Shown piece after piece: positions 8,760 through 14,306 of a DNA stretch of 14,306 nucleotides. Made by a program: the position numbers and the translations under genes. The notes under the pieces are model-generated. The model ran no database searches and was not told where the DNA came from. It worked only from the letters and a program-made list of their open reading frames with translations. Every line of letters starts with the position of its first letter. The first letter of the stretch is position 1. Location: positions 1-14,306 of the forward strand of contig JAYEOM010000062.1 in assembly GCA_034722955.1 (NCBI GenBank). Reading direction: 5' to 3'. Source of the DNA: Campylobacterota bacterium. GTDB taxonomy: Bacteria > Campylobacterota > Campylobacteria > Campylobacterales > Sulfurovaceae.

Positions 8760-9212
8760 TTATGAGTCATCCGGTATGGCATTGATTCGTCTCTCCATTT
8801 TTACGAACCGGTTGTTGATCTGCTTGGTATGCTCTTGAAGTTCATATAGGTGGAATTTGACTTTATCCATCTCTTCTGGAGTGATTTTTCTCTTTTTCCC
8901 GAAAAGTTTTGCAGTGAATCCTTTGGGGGTATCGTTGGCTAAAATAGTACATATTTTCTCACTCTCGATATGCCACTCTTTATGCTCATCATATAGATAA
9001 CCTATGCCACCTGGACCGAAGACTTGATTGAGTAAGATTTTATTCTCTTCTAGCCATTTATATAGATCACAATCTGTTAACGCAATACAAGTTTTTTTCT
9101 GATCCTTAACAATATTTGAGACTAGAAATTCTATATTTTTGATACTATTGGCATGATAACTCTGAAAATATTTGATCTCTTCTTGCAGCTTTCTCTTGGT
9201 ATCTTTATTCAT
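8760..9212 (-). CDS. Stand-alone CZB (chemoreceptor zinc-binding)-like protein
   Basis: His (QSYH), Cys (DCDLYKWL, cf. C-x-[LF]-G-x-W) and HKEWH occur in CZB order; it has its own putative promoter. Confidence 0.6.
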   Translation of the reverse strand: MNKDTKRKLQEEIKYFQSYHANSIKNIEFLVSNIVKDQKKTCIALTDCDLYKWLEENKILLNQVFGPGGIGYLYDEHKEWHIESEKICTILANDTPKGFTAKLFGKKRKITPEEMDKVKFHLYELQEHTKQINNRFVKMERRINAIPDDS

Positions 9213-9242
9213 AAAATACTCTTTTTATAAAGGATATAAAAT

Positions 9243-9264
9243 ATTATAGCAGTAAAGACTTAAG
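9243..9264 (-). promoter_or_regulatory. Putative extended -10 promoter for the CZB-like gene
   Basis: Consensus TGCTATAAT (rc of 9243-9251) with CTTAAG upstream (9259-9264). Confidence 0.6.
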
Positions 9265-9326
9265 GACTCCTCTATTGGTTAATGTCATGACTAAAGTAGT
9301 CATTTAGATACTCCCTTAAGGGATAG

Positions 9327-9953
9327 TTAGTGTCTATAGTGGAAAACCAGATAAGCCCCTATAAATCCATCTAGTGTCAGCTCTGCCTCTTCTAAGTCTC
9401 GTCCGAAGACCATCACTCCCTCTCTATGTCCTCTCATGACAAAAGCATTGTCGATAAGGGGATCGTGGGTTTGATAAAGTTCATCTATCTCTGTGATCAT
9501 TTCGGCTGTACCGTATTGGGCTGTGGTGAAGAGTATATCTCTCTCTATCAGGAATTCCCATAGAGCAAGTGAATGGAAGTGGATGACTACACCGATCTCG
9601 GGAGCTAACTCATAGACCATGGCATGGCTGAGGGCTTCACTGCTCGGTGGATAGTCACCTTGTGAGACAACCTTGAATGCATCGAAATCATAAGAGCTGA
9701 TCTCTGTATAGTACTTAGCCGAGAGGTTGGAGTGTGATCCTGTCTGTGTAGCAGTGATAAAAAAAGATCCGCCCTCTCTGTCTCGCATAGATATGTTGCC
9801 ATACCCTATGCCATCCTTTTCACCAATAAGCCCCAATGCATGAAGTCTCCGTCGCAGTGCTTCGAGTTTTTTGTATCCTTTGAACTTCTCCGAGGGGGTG
9901 GATAGGTGCTGGACTTCGTACTTGACTACCCCCTCCAATTCTGGATCTATCAT
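9327..9953 (-). CDS. Class II aldolase/adducin family protein (Ald2/DrdA- or MtnB-like)
   Basis: GNISMR, FFITAT, PSSEALSH, VIHFHS and MRGHREG (Zn-binding His residues, catalytic Glu); ATGA coupling to mtnA. Confidence 0.85.
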   Translation of the reverse strand: MIDPELEGVVKYEVQHLSTPSEKFKGYKKLEALRRRLHALGLIGEKDGIGYGNISMRDREGGSFFITATQTGSHSNLSAKYYTEISSYDFDAFKVVSQGDYPPSSEALSHAMVYELAPEIGVVIHFHSLALWEFLIERDILFTTAQYGTAEMITEIDELYQTHDPLIDNAFVMRGHREGVMVFGRDLEEAELTLDGFIGAYLVFHYRH

Positions 9954-11014
9954 CGTAACTCCTCTATGCTCTTCTCTTTAGCTGGGATGAGACCTGCTTC
10001 TGTGATGAGTCCTGTGATGAGTCTAGCAGGGGTAACATCAAAGCCGTAGTTTACCCCTTTTGCTCCTACCGGTGTCACGCGAACTTCAGAGATGGAGCCA
10101 TCAGCATCTATGCCACGCATGATATGTATCTCATCCTCGCTTCGTATCTCTATATCGATCTCTGCTGCCCCATCACATAGATCAAAATCAAAGGTACTCA
10201 GAGGAAGAGCTACATAGAAAGGTACACCATTGTCTTTGGCTGCTAGGGCTTTGAGGTAAGTCCCTATTTTGTTGGCCGCATCACCACAACGAGTCACACG
10301 GTCAGCCCCCGTGATGACCATATCGACTTGCTTGTGCTGCATCAGGTGTCCTCCTGTGTTGTCTGCTATGATAGTATGATCTATACCTGCATTGAGGAGT
10401 TCCCAAGATGTGAGGTTGGCTCCTTGGTTGCGTGGTCGTGTCTCATCTACCCAGACATGGATCGATATACCTCTGCGATGTGCTTCATAGATGGGGGCTA
10501 GTGCTGTACCGCTATCGATGATGGCGAGCCAGCCTGCATTGCAGTGAGTGAGGATATTTATACTCTCTAGATCTCTATCTCTCATGATCTCCTCTATGAT
10601 ATCACATCCGATCTCTCCTATCTCTCGGCTTCGCTGCACATCTTCATCGCAGATAGCAATCGCCTCTGCTTTGGCATCATTGAGTCTGTCACTACTCTCC
10701 TCTATGACAGATAACATCCTATCTACGGCCCACATAAGGTTGACTGCTGTAGGTCGTGATGCTCTTAGCTTGGATGCTCCCTCACGGATACCATCTATAT
10801 CATCTCCAAACTCTCGTACGAGTAGATAGACCCCCATAGCCGCTACATTTCCGATGACACCGGCACCTCGTACTGTCATGTCAGATATAGCTTCACAAGC
10901 CTCATCTCCAGTTGTGATCAATCTGGTTTTCGTCTCATGTGGCAAGTATCGTTGATCCAGCACTTCCAGATCACCTGAGTCGGTGAGCCATAAGGGTTTG
11001 TATCTTTTTTGCAT
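9950..11014 (-). CDS. mtnA: S-methyl-5-thioribose-1-phosphate isomerase
   Basis: LDQRYLP, VRGA, RPTAVNL.WA, LTHCNAGWLA, ETRPRNQG, GADR, NKIGTY and FDVTPARLI motifs. Confidence 0.95.
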   Translation of the reverse strand: MQKRYKPLWLTDSGDLEVLDQRYLPHETKTRLITTGDEACEAISDMTVRGAGVIGNVAAMGVYLLVREFGDDIDGIREGASKLRASRPTAVNLMWAVDRMLSVIEESSDRLNDAKAEAIAICDEDVQRSREIGEIGCDIIEEIMRDRDLESINILTHCNAGWLAIIDSGTALAPIYEAHRRGISIHVWVDETRPRNQGANLTSWELLNAGIDHTIIADNTGGHLMQHKQVDMVITGADRVTRCGDAANKIGTYLKALAAKDNGVPFYVALPLSTFDFDLCDGAAEIDIEIRSEDEIHIMRGIDADGSISEVRVTPVGAKGVNYGFDVTPARLITGLITEAGLIPAKEKSIEELR

Positions 11015-11057
11015 TCTTGTCCTTACTATTTTATAATATCAATTCTCTATCTCTCAT

Positions 11058-11303
11058 CTATTTGCCAATTATCAAAAGAGCCAGATATGGTGAGAGGCTG
11101 AAAATAACAAAAAATATTTTAAAGAGTCCTAAAAATGAGTATATCACGACATCATAAGTCTCTCTAGGGATAGAGAACCATCTGCTCTGCATACGATAGA
11201 TAAAATCAGGTATAAAGAGGATAAAAAATACCCAATATAAAAATATAGCTCCATTGATAATAGTAGACCACATAAAAAATGCTGTTAAGGATTCGATATT
11301 CAT
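11058..11303 (-). CDS. Small two-TM membrane protein (DUF6868-like)
   Basis: FFMWSTIING...W...DFIYRMQSRWF.I..E.YD...Y...G.FKI....F...PYLAL pattern; strong AGGAG RBS. Confidence 0.75.
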   Translation of the reverse strand: MNIESLTAFFMWSTIINGAIFLYWVFFILFIPDFIYRMQSRWFSIPRETYDVVIYSFLGLFKIFFVIFSLSPYLALLIIGK

Positions 11304-11323
11304 ACTAAACTCCTATATTAATT

Positions 11324-12565
11324 TTACTCTGCATTAAATTTACTCTGAGAGTTCAAAGAGATCATTTCAAAGATCTCATCTATGCTCTCTATCTCTTGAT
11401 ACTTTTTCACAAATCTCTCTCCAATGCAAATAGCCAAACGATTTGCCTCTTCTCTAATGGCATCATCTTCTATCCCACGGATATCCTCTACACCTGCGAT
11501 ACCAAACTGTCGGCGGATGATCTTGCACCCTGCGAAACCTATACTATCTTGAAGTAGTCTCTTCATGAAGCCCTCTTGATAGGCAGAGAGTATTGATCTA
11601 TCAGCAAAACTCGGGGTGAGCAGGGCACTCTGCGGAGTCTCATCCCACAGGAGAAGAAACTCTCGCTTGAACATCTCCCAAACCTCTCTTAGCGTCTCCT
11701 CTATCCATGCGGTATAGTCACGGTCTCTATCCTGCAGACTATGTGAAACCCAGCTCATCACCAAGTTGGCGATCAATGCACCGATATCGAAACCCATAGG
11801 ACCCATAAAAGCAAACTCTGAGTCGATAACATAGGTCTCTTTTGGGTTGAGCATGATAGAGCCTGTATGCAAGTCTCCATGTACGAGTGCATCATTTTGG
11901 GTCATAAATTTATATTTGAGTTGCAGGATTTTGACTTTGAGATCTTCATCCTGAGAGAGGCGTATATGCTCATCACTGATCTCTGGCAACTTGGCATTGG
12001 TCTCATCCTCCATAAAGGGAGCAGTAAAGACAAAATCCTCTGTGAGTTTGCATAGCTCTGCATTGCCGATGAACTGTTCACTCAGGAGTCGTTTCTCTGC
12101 ACTAGAGAGGTAGAGAGAGGAGGTTTTAAATAGAGTATGAGCCATATAGCTACTGATATGTGCAGCAAAGTGAGGATACTCAATACCCTCTATCATCCCC
12201 TGACGCATGATGATATGCTCTCCTAGATACTCCATAATGATAAGACTCATCTCCTCATCACTATAGTAGATCTTTGGTATATGACAACTCAGCTCTGCAA
12301 ACTTCTCAAGTGAGCGGATCTCATAAAGCATACGATCCTTTGAGAGTGGGTAGCTCTCACCCACACAACGGAGATATGGAACTGCCTGTTTGACTATGAG
12401 CTGTCTATTTTCATCCTCGGCAGAGGTCACAAGATAGACGAAGTTTAGATTGCCATCACCTATCTCATCGATGAGAAGTTCATCACTCTCAAAATAGGTT
12501 TTTATATCAGGTATAGAGAGGAGGTATTTTGAGAGGTTTGAGCTATTTAGGATAGTATAGGACAT
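11324..12565 (-). CDS. mtnK: S-methyl-5-thioribose kinase
   Basis: EIGDGNLNFV, VKQAVPYLRCVGESYPL, LCKLTEDFVFT.P, HGDLHTGS, VIDSEFAFMGPMGFDIG and RR..GIAGVED motifs. Confidence 0.95.
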   Translation of the reverse strand: MSYTILNSSNLSKYLLSIPDIKTYFESDELLIDEIGDGNLNFVYLVTSAEDENRQLIVKQAVPYLRCVGESYPLSKDRMLYEIRSLEKFAELSCHIPKIYYSDEEMSLIIMEYLGEHIIMRQGMIEGIEYPHFAAHISSYMAHTLFKTSSLYLSSAEKRLLSEQFIGNAELCKLTEDFVFTAPFMEDETNAKLPEISDEHIRLSQDEDLKVKILQLKYKFMTQNDALVHGDLHTGSIMLNPKETYVIDSEFAFMGPMGFDIGALIANLVMSWVSHSLQDRDRDYTAWIEETLREVWEMFKREFLLLWDETPQSALLTPSFADRSILSAYQEGFMKRLLQDSIGFAGCKIIRRQFGIAGVEDIRGIEDDAIREEANRLAICIGERFVKKYQEIESIDEIFEMISLNSQSKFNAE

Positions 12566-12615
12566 GGATAGATTCCTTTATTATTAGCTAGGACTAAAGT
12601 ATATCTAAAGATATA

Positions 12616-13251
12616 TTATTGCTTGATAATCCTCTTGATCGCTTCGGAGCAGATCGTCAGACCAAAAGCACCTGTTACTGCTACACAACTGCCTTTCTCT
12701 TTGCACTTGTCTTGTTCCGGTGAAAATACAACGGTGAAGTTCCTATCAAATTTGGCTCTCTTTAACTCATTTCTGATTTTTCTCCCCAATGCATCACCGT
12801 GGCTCTTCCAGATAGATGCCACTTCGATCTTGCTGGTTTCGTAGCGTTTGGCAGATCCTAGTGACATGATGAGCTTCTTGTAGACTTTTTTGGCGATCTC
12901 TATCTTGACTCTGCTGGTATCAGCTGCATCTATGACGAGATCATATGGATCAAAGTCAAATGAGTGAACCCATGCTATATCCATCTGTTGGTCTATCGCC
13001 GTGATACCGGGGTATAGTTTTGTGAGTACCTCTGTCTTGTAGGCTCCTGTAGCATCACTGCCTATCTGTCTGTTTTGGTTGCTTATCTCATAAGTATCGT
13101 AGTCGATGATAGTGATATCCGTCACACCACTTCTGTAGAGACAGTCTAGTGCATAGCCACCGACACCACCGACACCAAGTATCAGTACCTTGGTTCGCTG
13201 AAGTGCCTCAAAGTCATCTCCAAAAAGAAGTTTGCATCGCTGATATCTCAC
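12616..13251 (-). CDS. tcdA: ThiF-family protein, tRNA threonylcarbamoyladenosine dehydratase-like
   Basis: GVGGVG, D.D....SNQNRQI, D.VIDA.D, DALGRKIR..L, VVFSPE and GS...VTG.FG motifs. The start is placed at GTG 13251 (GTGA overlap with the surE stop) rather than TTG 13257. Confidence 0.85.
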   Translation of the reverse strand: MRYQRCKLLFGDDFEALQRTKVLILGVGGVGGYALDCLYRSGVTDITIIDYDTYEISNQNRQIGSDATGAYKTEVLTKLYPGITAIDQQMDIAWVHSFDFDPYDLVIDAADTSRVKIEIAKKVYKKLIMSLGSAKRYETSKIEVASIWKSHGDALGRKIRNELKRAKFDRNFTVVFSPEQDKCKEKGSCVAVTGAFGLTICSEAIKRIIKQ

Positions 13252-14027
13252 AGCCAAGCTTCCAGAGAGCTGATATCATCATAACTAGTCATATCCAGAT
13301 GTACAGGCGTGATGGATACAAAGTCTTGATTTGTAGCTTCAAAATCAGTCATATGCCCATCTGTGTTGAGCCAGTCCAAATGGGGCAATCCAATCCAAAA
13401 GTACTCTATCCCTCGTGGATTGCGGTGTGTATGTGCATCATTGCCATAATATCGATTGCCTGCACGGGTGATCTTATAGCCTTTGCACTGTTTGCTTTGG
13501 ATCGGAGGGATATTGATATTGAGAAACTTTCTCTCCGGTAGCGGAAACCTGTCATCAAGGATTCGCTTGATAATATCTGCGATCGTATCTTGTGCCAAGT
13601 CGTACCCTAGGGCATCTATATTTTGGCACTTGTCGATACAGACTTGTGAGATAGCTATGGCAGGTATCCCCTGAAGCACAGCCTCCATGGCAGCAGAAGC
13701 CGTGCCGGAGTAGGTGATATCCTCACCCATATTCGCACCTTTGTTGATGCCTGAGATGACTATGTCTGGTTTGTCATCTTCATCATAGAGTTTATGCAGA
13801 GCAAGAAATACACAGTCAGTAGGGGTTCCATCATCAAGTTTGTAAAAGTCGTCATCCACACCTACGAAACGAAGCGGTCTAGTCAAAGTGAGCGAGTGTC
13901 CACAAGCAGATTTTTCCATCGCAGGTGCTACGACAGTGACTTGACCTAGAGGTCGCAGTGCTTCGATGAGAGCAAGCAACCCTTGGGATTCGTACCCATC
14001 ATCATTGGTGATCAATATTTTTTTCAA
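13248..14027 (-). CDS. surE: 5'/3'-nucleotidase SurE
   Basis: ILITNDDG, VVAP, DGTPTDC, SGINKGANMG, YSGT and SITP motifs; TTG start with GAGGAG RBS. Confidence 0.97.
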   Translation of the reverse strand: MKKILITNDDGYESQGLLALIEALRPLGQVTVVAPAMEKSACGHSLTLTRPLRFVGVDDDFYKLDDGTPTDCVFLALHKLYDEDDKPDIVISGINKGANMGEDITYSGTASAAMEAVLQGIPAIAISQVCIDKCQNIDALGYDLAQDTIADIIKRILDDRFPLPERKFLNINIPPIQSKQCKGYKITRAGNRYYGNDAHTHRNPRGIEYFWIGLPHLDWLNTDGHMTDFEATNQDFVSITPVHLDMTSYDDISSLEAWL

Positions 14028-14069
14028 TACTTACTCCTCATATAGTCTCCTAACTGTTTTCTGATCAAT

Positions 14070-14078
14070 ATAATATCA
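14070..14078 (-). promoter_or_regulatory. Putative extended -10 promoter for surE-tcdA
   Basis: TGATATTAT on the minus strand; the identical 11-mer also occurs upstream of mtnA (11032-11042). Confidence 0.4.
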
Positions 14079-14181
14079 AAATGATTATTGTATTTGCTGA
14101 AAATAGTTGCTTGAATGCTTTTATCTAATATTGACTTTCTAGCATGGAGTGCAGTTGGTTGATGATAGGCAGCAGGGCAGC

Positions 14182-14233
14182 AGGGATCAGGTAACAACTA
14201 CAACTAATTAGTTGTAGTTGTTACCTGACCCCT
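14182..14233. repeat. Type-A REP-like inverted doublet forming a perfect 42-bp palindrome with no spacer
   Basis: tcaggtaacaactacaactaa|ttagttgtagttgttacctga (14187-14228) is a perfect palindrome. It extends to 14182-14233 with one mismatch, and its arm matches 99-124. Confidence 0.9.
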
Positions 14234-14306
14234 ACTCTCAATACCATTGTCTACCTTGAAAGAAAACCAATCAAAGGACAGTTCCTAAAAACAAACAGTG
14301 ACGGCA

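Noticed and set aside
9312..9323. Palindrome TCCCTTAAGGGA after the aldolase stop as a terminator
   Set aside because: The stem is short, has no U-tract and occurs only once.
11052..11383. TCTCATCTAT direct repeat (11052-11061, 11374-11383) as a target-site duplication around the small membrane gene
   Set aside because: ATA-GAT-GAG-type words are very common in this sequence's coding bias, and one copy lies well inside intact mtnK.
503..13674. Many alternative-frame or antisense ORFs in the track (e.g. 503-763, 1494-1679, 2892-3158, 7205-7627, 7875-8255, 10548-10829, 13149-13541)
   Set aside because: They overlap well-supported genes, show no motifs and are Ser/Ile/Leu-rich shadows of the host codon bias.
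12616..14027. surE as a functional part of the mtn salvage cluster
   Set aside because: The surE-ThiF pair is a common Campylobacterota arrangement independent of mtn genes; adjacency alone is not evidence.
14234..14306. Possible gene end or a third REP type (AGGACAGTTCCT) at the right edge
   Set aside because: It is too short, occurs once and has no recognisable ORF; it cannot be judged without flanking sequence.

Overview
Chromosomal window from a Campylobacterota (epsilonproteobacterial, Sulfurovum/Sulfurimonas-like) bacterium; the lineage is inferred from the Wolinella-type frdCAB, the surE-ThiF gene pair and TGn-extended -10 promoters. From left to right it contains the 5' end of a HUH/Y1 (RAYT/TnpA-REP-like) transposase gene missed by the ORF track (1-60, minus strand), with two different REP-like repeat types beside it. 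Next come frdCAB and, divergent from it, a MoxR-type AAA+ ATPase plus a DUF2201/VWA partner whose HExxH peptidase motif is degenerate. Then follow ywbE, ppk2, a PhnA/YjdM-family gene, mog, a small hypothetical gene and a stand-alone CZB-like protein. A methylthioribose/5-deoxyribose salvage cluster (mtnK, small membrane protein, mtnA, class II aldolase) precedes tcdA-like and surE genes. At the right end is a perfect 42-bp palindrome built from the same repeat that lies upstream of the transposase. The most notable items are the transposase/REP system, the AAA+/VWA pair facing fumarate reductase and the DHAP-shunt-like cluster. All family assignments come from motif recognition by eye; no database searches were run.
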